Virus record (IMG/VR): IMGVR_UViG_3300046171_000011
Span: 1 to 54,446 of that record
DNA length: 54,446 bases
DNA from: a virus
Taxonomy: Duplodnaviria > Caudoviricetes
Strand: one strand, 5' to 3'
Below the pieces are notes generated by a model. It had not been told where the DNA came from. It worked only from the letters and a program-made list of their open reading frames with translations, and did no database searches. Position 1 is the stretch's first letter; every line of letters begins with the position of its first letter. A program made the position numbers and the translations under genes. Shown piece after piece: positions 38,562-48,817 of the stretch.

Positions 38562-39323
38562 CTATGCGACCAAGAAGCCGCTGAACTTGGTTGTTGCGTT
38601 GATTTCTGTCTGGGCAGTTCCGTTGGGAACGGTAAAGGAAACATAAGCTGTATCGTTGGCATCCATGTCAGCGAGGATTGACGCATTGATGAACATATAC
38701 CCATTATCTTGTCCGTAGTCTGGATCAAAGATTGAGTAATAACCTCTGTTTGAGGTCATAATAGTTGCCTCGTAGTAATTGGAAGCACTGTCCAGATTGT
38801 CTAAATAAACCATAATGCTCAACTGGTACTTGCCAGTCACAGGGGCAGTGAAAGTATTGGACGCAAAGTTTGAACCTTGGTCAAAAACTTCTGTGTCAAA
38901 ACTAATGGTGGTAGTGCCATTAGGCATGTTATATTGATGACCGCTTTTGGTGACTTGAAATGCGGGTTGCTTGGGCTGAGTTATAATCCCATTTCCTTGG
39001 ACTGCGAACAAATCATTTGAACCGTCATGGTCAGTGATATAAAAGGCGTAGTCTGTTGTTGACCCTGCCATAATTTTAAGGCCGTAACTTCTCGCATCTG
39101 TCGCTTCAGCGTTCTGAATAATCGCAACCCACTTATCATCCCCACTTAAACCAGAGCCATCTGTTGATGTTTTGATATGCAATGGGTGTGACGGAGATGT
39201 GCCAATGCCAATACTGCCAGTAAAAGTATCACCTGTCACATTAGCATAACGGCTCTCTGCTTCTGTCTGCGTGTAACCATCAACTTGAACAACGGCTGCT
39301 TTTGAACCAATGTATCCTGCCAT
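38562..39323 (-). CDS. Fibre protein with a C-terminal C1q-like domain
   Basis: IGIGTSP.HPLHI repeat, then PAF.V...FDTEVFD.G.NF...FTAPVTGKY...FSGFLV. Confidence 0.8.
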   Translation of the reverse strand: MAGYIGSKAAVVQVDGYTQTEAESRYANVTGDTFTGSIGIGTSPSHPLHIKTSTDGSGLSGDDKWVAIIQNAEATDARSYGLKIMAGSTTDYAFYITDHDGSNDLFAVQGNGIITQPKQPAFQVTKSGHQYNMPNGTTTISFDTEVFDQGSNFASNTFTAPVTGKYQLSIMVYLDNLDSASNYYEATIMTSNRGYYSIFDPDYGQDNGYMFINASILADMDANDTAYVSFTVPNGTAQTEINATTKFSGFLVA

Positions 39324-39667
39324 TATGTTTGCTCCATAATTGATAGGATGACATCAGTTGCACCAGAGGCTGACACTTTCAGTATGTCTGTAGTTTCCAT
39401 GATGATCTTGCCATCTAGGACTGAAAGAGAGGATGCTGATGGAATGGGTGCATTGGTAACAATCTCAACATCCTGATTAGCTTCGTTGTTAGCCCCTGCA
39501 CGATTAGCTGTATCACTTGACAGGGTAACTGTTGCAGTTACACTTGAGCCAGTTGTGTTTCCCAAGACAAGTCCTAGCACGACTGTCGTGGTTGAGGACG
39601 CGACAGTGTAGATTGTGTCTAGGGATGTGACCCCTGCTTTAGTTATTGTCTTGAATGTATTTGCCAT
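39323..39667 (-). CDS. Small structural protein
   Basis: MANTFK...IYTV...GKIIMETTDILKV pattern. Confidence 0.7.
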   Translation of the reverse strand: MANTFKTITKAGVTSLDTIYTVASSTTTVVLGLVLGNTTGSSVTATVTLSSDTANRAGANNEANQDVEIVTNAPIPSASSLSVLDGKIIMETTDILKVSASGATDVILSIMEQT

Positions 39668-39670
39668 GTT

Positions 39671-40939
39671 TTATCCTAATGCTATTGCTAATGCTGTAGC
39701 TTCGTCTGCGGCTGCGGCTGCTGTTGTAAGTGTTGAGACATCTTTCCCATCTACAGTTCCTGAGACAGTGATGTTGCCAGTTACGTCTACACCTGTGGCA
39801 CTTGTCTGAAATTTGATTGCATTGTTATGGTATAAGTAAGCTGCACCATCAGCCTCAAAGTACCCCATCGTTTCGCCAGTGTACTTTCCAATAGTAACAT
39901 TACTGTTTCCACGCAGAATTAAAGCACCTGTGCCAGTATCGTCTACATAACTATCAGACCCATTATGGTAAATCTGTAGGTCAGACCCTGCGCCAAAGAT
40001 AGCCTTGTCATTGTCGCCAAAACTAACATCATCAGTAAACGTTCCACCTGACTTAGGCATAGCAGCATCAGCCGTAGAACCTTGTGCAGCAGTTGCATAA
40101 TCAGAACTATCAAAGGCTTTGACTTGAGCAAGGTTAGTTACCTCACTGTCCATCAAAGCTCCTGCAGAAGTTACGTTGGCTGTATCAGTTACATCAGCAG
40201 ATGCTTCAATACCATTGAGCTTAGTGTGGTCTGCATCAGTAAATACATTAGAGTCTGAGGCTGCTTCTACTGCCGCCCTTATTTCGGCATCAGTTTGATC
40301 TGCCGTAGCACTTGCTTCGATACCATTTAGCTTAGTGTGGTCATCATCTGTAAATACATTTGAATCACTAGCAGCTTCAACTGCTGCTCTTATCTCAGCA
40401 TTAGTTTGGTCTGCAGTGGCACTAGCCTCAATACCATTTAACTTAGTGTGATCAGCATCAGTGAAGACGTTACTGTCGGTTGCAGCTTCAACGGCGGCTC
40501 TTATCTCTGCGTTTGTCTGATCTGCAGTAGCACTAGCTTCAATACCGTCTAACTTAGTACCGTCTGTAGCAAGGTCACGTCCATCTATAGTGCCGGGAAT
40601 AGATATATTACCTGATGCATCTTCAAAGACTGCTTTATCTGCAGGATATGTTATAAATATATTTTTAGTACCTGCAGAAAGGTCTACAGCATTATTAGAA
40701 TTAGAGCTTGCTAAGATAGTAGTTCTAGCTAAAGTATTGCCACTACTAGTATAAGTACCAATACCTATTTCAAATTCGTTAGTATTGCCTTGTTGCTCAA
40801 TAGCATAGTAAGTGGTGTCGGCATTAGAAAGGGCAGAACTAAAGGTTTTAAACTTAGTTACTGCCCCGCCTAAAGAGATACTACCTGTACCTGTAGTTGT
40901 GGTTGTTTCTTTAACCCGATCTTTTACGACAAGTGCCAT
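39671..40939 (-). CDS. Tail fibre protein with 37-aa tandem repeats
   Basis: N-terminus MALVVKDRVKETTTTTGTG; KL.GIEASATADQT repeats; FGAGSDLQIYH; C-terminal ALAIALG. Confidence 0.85.
   Translation of the reverse strand: MALVVKDRVKETTTTTGTGSISLGGAVTKFKTFSSALSNADTTYYAIEQQGNTNEFEIGIGTYTSSGNTLARTTILASSNSNNAVDLSAGTKNIFITYPADKAVFEDASGNISIPGTIDGRDLATDGTKLDGIEASATADQTNAEIRAAVEAATDSNVFTDADHTKLNGIEASATADQTNAEIRAAVEAASDSNVFTDDDHTKLNGIEASATADQTDAEIRAAVEAASDSNVFTDADHTKLNGIEASADVTDTANVTSAGALMDSEVTNLAQVKAFDSSDYATAAQGSTADAAMPKSGGTFTDDVSFGDNDKAIFGAGSDLQIYHNGSDSYVDDTGTGALILRGNSNVTIGKYTGETMGYFEADGAAYLYHNNAIKFQTSATGVDVTGNITVSGTVDGKDVSTLTTAAAAADEATALAIALG
40200..40557 (-). repeat. 111-nt tandem repeat, about 3.2 copies
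   Basis: Unit KL(D/N)GIEASATADQT(N/D)AEIRAAVEAA(T/S)DSNVFTD(A/D)DHT. Confidence 0.9.
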
Positions 40940-40962
40940 ACTATACCCCTACTTCTTTTATT

Positions 40963-41403
40963 TTAGGCGATACGAATGACTGCCTGTAGATGCTCCTGCA
41001 GCAGGAAATTCAATAGTAAGATCACCTGCAGTAGCACTAACTGTACCACCAAAGTCGATTACTGCAATGGCTTTATTAGATGCAGATGAATTATAAATAA
41101 TACAACCTGCTGCAGAAGTAGTTACGTTAGAAAATACCTCGTCTGCAAAATCTACTATAGCAGTTAGTCCCTGATACAGTAATAGCAGCACTGTCAAGAT
41201 TTTGACCCCCTGCAGTATAGTTAGTACCTGTAGCCTCATCAGAGTTACCTGTAACATTTGAGTAGTTTGTTGTAGCTGCCCCATTATGTTCCAGACATAC
41301 CACTCTTGATTAGAGCCAGTTTAATTGTGTGTGTGTCTAAGTCGTGTGTACCACCAAGTAGCTCAGACTTAAAACTTGTACACATTGCTGTTGTGATTGC
41401 CAT
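40963..41403 (-). CDS. Small structural protein, broken by three apparent 1-nt insertions
   Basis: Reconstructs to MAITTAMCTSFKSELLGGTHDL...YTAGG...DFADEVF...IDFGG...AVIRIA after removing single bases near 41285, 41165 and 40983. Confidence 0.7.
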
Positions 41404-41423
41404 TTTTTAATCCTCTATATAGC

Positions 41424-41453
41424 AATAAAGAGGCCACCCTAAAGCAGCCTCTC
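41424..41453 (-). terminator. Intrinsic terminator after the major capsid gene
   Basis: AGAGGCTGC-TTTAGG-GTGGCCTCT followed by TTATT on the - strand. Confidence 0.7.
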
Positions 41454-41465
41454 TATGTGTTAAGA

Positions 41466-42559
41466 TTAAGCTGCGTTGTAGTTCGCAGTTACGATTGCCT
41501 CTGGACGCAAAATCTTGCGACCATAGAGGTGCATACCACGAACAATGTCAGCAAAGCTGTCAGGGTCACGATAGCTCTCAACGTTGTTGATTTGCTCAGC
41601 AGAAGCTACTGCTTCATCCTGACCACCAACAGTACACCGAAGTTAGTCTCCTGTGCAAGTGCGCCACTTGTAGCTGCTCCTGTACCCAAGTAAGGCAGGT
41701 TGTTTGAAACATATACACGGAAGCCATGTAGGTTGTTCATTACCAAACCGTTTTGTAGGCCAGAACCACCGAAGTCAGCGTTCAACATGCGGCTGTCTTC
41801 GTCTTTCAGCATTTCTACAAATACTGGGTCAACTACAAGCCAACGCCCACGTGAGTCGACATTGTTGGTATCCAACAGACGTGACATACGTGCTACCACT
41901 GACAGAGGTGACACAGTGCTTGAAGACAACGCTGTTGCGCCGGGCAAGCGTGGTGCTAGTGGGATAGAATCACCTGCATTGTATGCAGTTGAAGCACTAT
42001 CAGCAGAACCCAACTGACCAAACTTAGTAGCGTCCAAGCGGTTAGCTGCCAAAAGTTCAGCACCTACTTTGTCGGCTGCAGAACCTGCAGAGCCTGAAGC
42101 ACTAGCTTTGTCGCCAGAAGCAGTTGTATTTACTGCCCATGAACCTGCTCCACCAGTGTAACCTGAGAGATAACCCAAGCACTCTTCATCCATCTTGTCA
42201 GCCATTTTATAAGCTGCACGATCAGATGCCATGCGAACAAAGTCAACATGAGAGAACTGCTCTTCAATGTCATCCATTTTGAAAGCAAAGTAGTTAGCTT
42301 TGTCAATGGTCAAAGAGAAGTCTTGGTCATCAAGTTTCTCTACTGAGATACCTGTGTGACGCTGCAGAGCATTAACAGTTACGTCAGGCTCTTTTTGGAT
42401 ACGAACTGTATCCCCTTGATTTGCAATCTCTCCAAAGTAGGAGTTGTTAGTGATTGCGTTTACAACTGCAGATTTGCGAAGTGCAATCTGTGCAGTTTTT
42501 GAGTAGATGATTGGCGAGAAGTTGCCATTAAATCCACCCGATGCTGATGCAATAGCCAT
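41466..42559 (-). CDS. Major capsid protein (apparent 1-nt deletion near 41630)
   Basis: FSPIIYS, Y.GEI...GDTVRI and GRW.VV.P motifs. The conserved C-terminus GQDEAVASAEQI...RDPDSFADIVRGMHLYGRKILRPEA continues in another frame to a TAA at 41466. Confidence 0.9.
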
Positions 42560-42755
42560 AGTTGTGTTCCTTTCAAAGATATGGCGTTTAAATATAACAC
42601 TACATATTCACTGAAAAGAGGCTCTTCGTATTAGGGTAGTCGGCTGTGTTATCAGGATGGCCGTCCTTCTAACGCCGGGCCTTTACTTAGAGGTAGTTCT
42701 TTTAACGTGGTTAGTGCTTGTTAAAGCATACACACTTTTAATGTGCATATGCCAT
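42560..42755 (-). ncRNA. Structured 5' leader of the capsid mRNA
   Basis: Hairpins GCATATGCAC/GTGTGTATGC and TTAAC/GTTAA, and a nested CGGC-GTTA-AGGA/TCCT-TAAC-GCCG stem. Confidence 0.5.
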
Positions 42756-42784
42756 AGTTTTACATACGATAAGAGAAATGTCAA
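42756..42784 (-). promoter_or_regulatory. Promoter for the capsid operon
   Basis: TTGACA-N16-TAAAACT on the - strand. Confidence 0.65.
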
Positions 42785-43720
42785 TCATTTCTTTGACATA
42801 TCGTAAATAAAATTTCCTGTGCGCTGAGCTTCCATAATCTCATCCATGCGCTTCTCGTATTCTTTAATAGACATCTTAGCTACTTGAGACTCACGAATAT
42901 ACTTAGATGAATCATCTGCCTCTGGTGTAGCTTTGCCTTTTGTCTTCACAGACGCTGCAGCAGCCTTGTCAGTGCCGCTTTTCTTTTTGGTAGTGATACC
43001 CTTATCAGCTTTGTATAGGTCAATCACACGTGCCACAGACTTAGCGTCTTCTGCATTTTCATACAGTGCGTCCTGTACCCACTTAGGCTGATCACCTGCC
43101 CATGTATGGAAAGCGTCATCTTCACGAATGTCAACAAAGTCAGGATGTATACCTGCGAGTTCAGCTTCTGCTTTCTCTCGACGTGCAGTTACACGTAGCT
43201 CTTCTAGCTCTTGCATACGTGTCTCTAGATCAGTGGCACGTTCATTAGCTTTCTTATCAGCGATGGTTTCAATGATACCTGCAACGTCAGGGTACTTCTT
43301 AGCCCACGCATCTACTTCTTCTGTAGACTTAGGTAGTACAAGCTCATTCTTGGTTGCTGCATCTAGCTGCGCCTCTAGCTTCTCAATCTTAGATGAGAAC
43401 TCCTTTTGCTTATCATCCATGTGGCGGCGAATATCACTGTATCGCTGCTTAAACGTTTTCTCTTCCGCACTTAAATCTTCTTCTTGTGCTTCTGATTTGG
43501 GTTCTTCTTTTTGTTTGGTATCACCCTCTGCCTGAACTGGTTGCTCGACAGGCTCTGTGCTACTGGATTCCTCTTCTGTAGCTTCTTCTGAAGTTTCTTG
43601 CCCATCTGGGATACCTGCTTCTTTTAGTAGCTTGCTTAGCTCTGCTTCATCACGCTGTACACGTGACATATTTCTTAGGTGTGACTTTGAGTTTGTTTCA
43701 ATCGTTTGTGCTTCTGCCAT
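42785..43720 (-). CDS. Capsid scaffolding protein
   Basis: Acidic coiled-coil protein with FKQRY.D.RRH and HPDF motifs, immediately upstream of the capsid gene. Confidence 0.8.
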   Translation of the reverse strand: MAEAQTIETNSKSHLRNMSRVQRDEAELSKLLKEAGIPDGQETSEEATEEESSSTEPVEQPVQAEGDTKQKEEPKSEAQEEDLSAEEKTFKQRYSDIRRHMDDKQKEFSSKIEKLEAQLDAATKNELVLPKSTEEVDAWAKKYPDVAGIIETIADKKANERATDLETRMQELEELRVTARREKAEAELAGIHPDFVDIREDDAFHTWAGDQPKWVQDALYENAEDAKSVARVIDLYKADKGITTKKKSGTDKAAAASVKTKGKATPEADDSSKYIRESQVAKMSIKEYEKRMDEIMEAQRTGNFIYDMSKK

Positions 43721-43774
43721 GTTTTATGGTCCTTATGTTGGGGTCAGCCGTAGCCGAGTAGCCTTATTTTTATT

Positions 43775-46540
43775 TTATCTGCCGCCTATGTTTCTTCCAC
43801 CTACTCCTGTCTTTTGTTTACGTTTTCTAAAAGCATCTGGATCAACTGGTTTTGGAACAACCACTGGTGCTTCTGGTTTTGGTGCTTTAGGTGGTTTGTC
43901 CTCACGATTAGAGGAAACGGATGTCATTGGTACTGCACCTGAAAAAGTAGCATCTGTAAAGCCTATAGTATCCTGTATCTCGTTAGAAAGTTGTGGGTTG
44001 CTGTAGTCTGTTGTAGGTGGTGTTCGGGTTTTTGTAACATCAGCTATGAAAGGCTGTATACCCCCTGCCTCATACACTTCTTCTGAGCTTTTATTTGCTG
44101 CTTCTACCTCTGCTTGTTCTGCTAAGGATTGATCTACACCTTCAGGTACAGACAGTTTGTTGGGTTGTGTTGGAACAACGTCAAGTAAAGTAGGGTCTTT
44201 TGTTGTTTCTAAAGACACCCCAGTAGAAGTATCTTGTTGTGGTTGTTCCATACCACCTAAGTCTGTAACTAAGCCCTCTGGTGAGTATCCACCTAACGCT
44301 TCTTCTACTGCAGCATCTGCTGCGCCCTTTTCTAAAGGTTTTTGTTTATGTGTCTCAAGAAGATTTTCAAGGGCTGTTTTTTCTTCTGGGTTAATAGTAG
44401 GTGAGTCGAGCCTTCTATTTAACTCTCTTTCAATATTATTAGACTGAAGATACATACCAAACTTAGTTGCCGTACCCAGAACAAAGCTAGAACCCAACAA
44501 AGTCTCTATTAAATTTTTAGGTTTTTCTTTTGTTCCAAACTTATAAGCAGTGTGTTCGTCTACTAAACCCTTCAGTTCATCTATAGATAAACTCTTATAA
44601 TCTATACCTTCATGTACCATGTCAGTTGAAGGTCCGTCATCTTTTTTAGGCTTTTGTATTTCTTCTTTAGGCTCTTCTTTCTTGTCCTCATCTAAAGGAT
44701 AATAACCATCAGGTATAGCCATCATGGGTGTGTTACCTATAAACATAATATAGATAATGTCACCTGCATCATTTGTATAGGCACGTGTCTCTATACCTGT
44801 TGTTGCTTCGCCGCTACTTATCCCAATTCCTTCTGAGCCTAAGCCTAGAGCGCCACCGTCATCTACAAAGCCACCCTCATCAAAACCCATTACACCATCA
44901 TCAACAACCTCTAGCTCAGACATATCAAACTGCATATCTTCTGGTTCTACTATCTCCATGCCCATAGGCTCACCACCTATGCGACCATTGGCTTCCATAG
45001 TATCAAAACCCATCTTAGCTTGACTGCGTAGGTCTTCAAAGAATTTAACGCCGTAGTAACGCACTACATCTGCAGGTACAACATATTCACCTTCACTTAG
45101 TCGAGCAGGTATATCATCTCGTACTTCTTCTGGTAATGAACCTGTAGGTACTTCATTGCCTGACACAGGGTCTACCTCTTCTACTGTGCCACCTAGAGCA
45201 TAGCCCCTTGAGGACTTAAATACCATTTCCATTTGATCGTCCATTGCCATACCGCCCTCATTAAATAGTGTAGGTTTTTTCTTTTCTGTAGCTACTTTTC
45301 TTACGTCCATCTTCCGCATCTTTGCAATTCTTTCAGCAGATGTTTCTGTAGACCGTTTTGCAAATATTTGTTTACCTATCTGTACAACAAGAGGTGAATC
45401 AAATACTGGCATACTTGTTTCTCTATCATAAAAGAAACCACCTCTGTCAGGGTTGTATCCAAGGTGAATGTAGTCGGGATTGTCAAACACACTCTTTGCT
45501 AAGTTGTGTGCGTCCTTATCTGTATACATTAACTTAGTTGCAGGGTCAGATGCGACAGTTCCATTTATAGTTGCATGAGGAAACTTATTCTGTTTACCTC
45601 TTGCTATATCAAAGGCAGGTTTTGTTGGTGTAGGAAAAGTAACATCCTCTATAACCATTGTCCTAGAGAACACACTTTCAGCACCCTTTACATCAGGCTT
45701 CTTATACGTTATCTGTGGTACATAAACATCAAACCTATTGTACGCAGGGATGTCTAGCCTAGCCTTTACCTTATCTCCTGCTGCTATAGGTTTTACATCT
45801 TTAGGCATAGTTTTATTTAGACCTACTATACCCTTTGCTCTTTTTTGTTTATCTAAAGCAAAAACAATCTCTGTAAAAGTAGGAAGCTCTTCCAATGTTT
45901 TAAACTTTTCGACATCAGAAAAAGCAACTTCTCTAAACTCTTTAGATGTTATTTCATCTTTTTCTAAAGCTAGTGCTTCTTCTTGAAAAGGTCTTTTACC
46001 TGCTTTTTCTTGTTCTCTGTTTTTAGCTTGCTGTTTTCTTACACCGTCTATATAATCCTCAGATGAATCAAATAACTTTTCTGCAGATTTTATATCAGCA
46101 CTTTCATCTGCTTGACCTCTTAATGTCTTATAAGAAGCATTACCTAACGTTAAGTAATCATCTGTTTTTTTAGGGGCTAACCGAATGTTACCGCCCATTG
46201 TACCTAAAGTATTAGGATCAATCTCAACACGTTTAGCTGTATCTAATGCAGTCTTAGCGCCCTTACGAATGGCTGCAGCAGCAGCGTCACCTAAGCCCGG
46301 AACTAACCCTATGATAGCAGCACCACCAAGCGCACCTGCAAGAAGGTAGTTAGGCTCATCTTTCTGTAGCTCATCATATACTTGCTTAGCTGCCATAGCG
46401 TCACCTATAATAGGCGTGGCTTCTGCAACAAACGTAGCGGCATCCTTTAGGGTTATGTCTTTTGGTATATACTGTTGTGCATACTTAGCACCCTCTGCAG
46501 CATAACCTAGAGCCTCTTCCGTTTGATCATCAACCGCCAT
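43775..46540 (-). CDS. Mosaic head-module polyprotein (921 aa)
   Basis: Hydrophobic PIIGD...GLVPGLGD hairpin, central cargo domain, FNEGG/YALGG/FDEGG motifs, DDIPARLSEGEYVVPADVV domain. Confidence 0.75.
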   Translation of the reverse strand: MAVDDQTEEALGYAAEGAKYAQQYIPKDITLKDAATFVAEATPIIGDAMAAKQVYDELQKDEPNYLLAGALGGAAIIGLVPGLGDAAAAAIRKGAKTALDTAKRVEIDPNTLGTMGGNIRLAPKKTDDYLTLGNASYKTLRGQADESADIKSAEKLFDSSEDYIDGVRKQQAKNREQEKAGKRPFQEEALALEKDEITSKEFREVAFSDVEKFKTLEELPTFTEIVFALDKQKRAKGIVGLNKTMPKDVKPIAAGDKVKARLDIPAYNRFDVYVPQITYKKPDVKGAESVFSRTMVIEDVTFPTPTKPAFDIARGKQNKFPHATINGTVASDPATKLMYTDKDAHNLAKSVFDNPDYIHLGYNPDRGGFFYDRETSMPVFDSPLVVQIGKQIFAKRSTETSAERIAKMRKMDVRKVATEKKKPTLFNEGGMAMDDQMEMVFKSSRGYALGGTVEEVDPVSGNEVPTGSLPEEVRDDIPARLSEGEYVVPADVVRYYGVKFFEDLRSQAKMGFDTMEANGRIGGEPMGMEIVEPEDMQFDMSELEVVDDGVMGFDEGGFVDDGGALGLGSEGIGISSGEATTGIETRAYTNDAGDIIYIMFIGNTPMMAIPDGYYPLDEDKKEEPKEEIQKPKKDDGPSTDMVHEGIDYKSLSIDELKGLVDEHTAYKFGTKEKPKNLIETLLGSSFVLGTATKFGMYLQSNNIERELNRRLDSPTINPEEKTALENLLETHKQKPLEKGAADAAVEEALGGYSPEGLVTDLGGMEQPQQDTSTGVSLETTKDPTLLDVVPTQPNKLSVPEGVDQSLAEQAEVEAANKSSEEVYEAGGIQPFIADVTKTRTPPTTDYSNPQLSNEIQDTIGFTDATFSGAVPMTSVSSNREDKPPKAPKPEAPVVVPKPVDPDAFRKRKQKTGVGGRNIGGR

Positions 46541-46721
46541 TGACAGTCTCCTTTAGTAGTCTCATCTTCCTCAGTTGAAAGATAGCACCCTGCGCCCTAT
46601 ATACAGTTGTAGGGTCATTAGCCTGTTCCATCATCTTATGTTGAATATAGATTTGATCGTCTATGTGTTGAATAAAGTCTTCCATAGCGTTCTTATCATT
46701 GACCCATTGCTTGAGGCTCAT
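46530..46721 (-). CDS. Small conserved protein downstream of the portal
   Basis: YRAQG.I..LR motif. Confidence 0.7.
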   Translation of the reverse strand: MSLKQWVNDKNAMEDFIQHIDDQIYIQHKMMEQANDPTTVYRAQGAIFQLRKMRLLKETVNGG

Positions 46722-48815
46722 TACCTGTAAATCCTTGTTCGCCCGGTGTAGGTGCAGTACCTATACCTATTTGTGATCCACCACCACCTGATGTATCTGC
46801 TACAGCCTGTGGTCCTTGCCCTTCTGGTGAAGGTACGCCTTGCTCTGGCGTAGGCGCAGGTGCTTGAAATCCTTTTAGTATCTCCGCTTGTATAGCTGCA
46901 TCCTGCATGGAGTTAGTAACCTTATCAGGGTCGAGGTCCATGCTCTTTGCAATCTCTCTATAATATAGTCCATCTTAGCAAAAGGTGCAAGTACTGGATT
47001 CTGTGCTACTTGTAAGAACTGCATCAAGCGTTGGCTACGTACTTCGTTAGCCATTAAGCTTTCTGTACCTGACGCATGTACTTCTAAGTCACCTTTTATA
47101 TCTTCATCAAAGTCAAACTGCATGTTGAATGCAAAGAATGCTTTGCCTAGTGGTCTAATTAGATAGTCATCAACATTCTTAACAACGGTACGGATACTAC
47201 CGTTAGCAGCAGACATAAGCATAGAGATTCCAGAAGCAGTACGCCCAACTCCTTGAACTCCTGTTTGACCATGTGCAAAAGATGGAATCCAGTAGACTCA
47301 TCAGCTAATACCCTCGCTTTATCAAATAGTTGCATGTTCTCTTGTGCCACGTTTGGAAACTTTGTACCAAATATAGCTTGTCCTGGAGCGCCACCCTGTC
47401 TCCTGAATATCTTTCCAGGATATACAGATAGGTCTTGACCAGGAACTAAGTTAGTTTCATCTACTTCTATAATTAGGTTACCAGATAATGCAGCATTGTC
47501 AATAGCCATTCTCATAAAGCCATTCATCAATGTCTGTGTATCGTCCATGTTCTCAGCAATACCAACGCCAAAGAATGAATATGGGTTATGTTCGTAAGGT
47601 ACAGCGTAGTAAGGAATACGTGTAGGCTTGAATGGGTTTAGTACAAACCGTAGTACTTCACCATTACATGTCCATATGTTACAGTTAACTTCGTCTAAGT
47701 CTGACAACTCACTAGGTACATCAACACCGTGTTCTTCTAGTATCTTTGTATCTACAAAACCCCAGAACTCTAATACTTCCCAACGTTCTGATGTTGGTTG
47801 AGTATCGTCATCCTCCATAGTCATTTCCCAGTACTTCTGTGATAGTCTGGTCCTGCATCTACAGCTTTCTGTACTGCATCATCCATAAAGTATGGACGTG
47901 ACTTCAGCGCACGTAGTTGTGTGCGTGACATCTTATGTCTTTGTACAGTATACTCTGCCTCATCCATATCCTTTGGCTTCAGGGTCAGGATAGAAATCCC
48001 ATATAGAAACGTGGTCACATTCTGGAACAGTTTTTACTATAGGTTCATACTCAGCCATCTTCATTCCAGTTAGGGTATTCTTTATCTACAGCAAACGCAC
48101 CCTTCATAACACCTGTACCAAGTAGTGCCATTTCAAATGCCATACTTCTTAGGTGTGTAGTAGCTCCGCTTTCCTGTAGCTGATCATGGATCTTCTTCTC
48201 CATCTTCTTAGCTGCAACCATAGAAGGATGAAATGTAACACTAGTAGCTGTAGTACCATCACCCTCTATAATCTTCTCAGACACAGGTGCTAGTTTCTCT
48301 TCCATGCCACCTAGTCTAGCCTGTAGATCCATAAGTGTTTCACCTGGTTTTAATTCTGTATCGCCATCTATTAGATAGGGCTTTGGCGCTGGTGATCCCA
48401 TAGCTGCACTAATAGCAGCCTGTCCTGCTTCTACTCTAGGGTCTATGTTTATATGTACAGACTCAGCTACGCCATCAGGTAGCACAGAAGGATTGACTGA
48501 CATAGGGAACTTGTTATTACCAAACAGTACATCTACAATCTGACCATATGCTGCTAAGGTTTTAGTCTTAGTAACCTTAACAAACACACGTGACTTTTCT
48601 GTGTCAGTGAATTGTACATCTGATCCGTACAAACCCCGATAATTTCTGTAGGCTCTTAGCCATCTAGTTTCGTCTGCGTCACGTGCATCCTCTGCTCGAC
48701 GGTAACGTTCTTCAACAAATGCTACTACGCTAGACTTTTCCTCAAAGATACTGTCAGTACTGTCTTCTGCAGCAATGACTTCATCTGTCTCAAACATCTC
48801 TTCTTGTTCTGCCAT
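46696..48815 (-). CDS. Portal protein (at least five apparent frameshifts)
   Basis: Consecutive fragments 48051-48815, 47821-48018, 47159-47824, 46875-47222 and 46696-46941 join up: W..AYRNYRG.Y, FVKVTKTK, GTGVMKG, PY..VPYE..PYSFFG.G, GRTASG.SML. Confidence 0.88.
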
Positions 48816-48817
48816 TC

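Noticed and set aside
40200-40557. CRISPR-like array
   Set aside because: The repeats are in-frame 111-nt coding units with synonymous variation and no unique spacers. No CRISPR array was seen anywhere in the window.
41600-41640. Programmed ribosomal frameshift giving two capsid forms (T7 10A/10B style)
   Set aside because: The shifted segment is the conserved core C-terminus needed in every subunit, no slippery heptamer is evident, and neighbouring genes have similar indels. An error is more likely.
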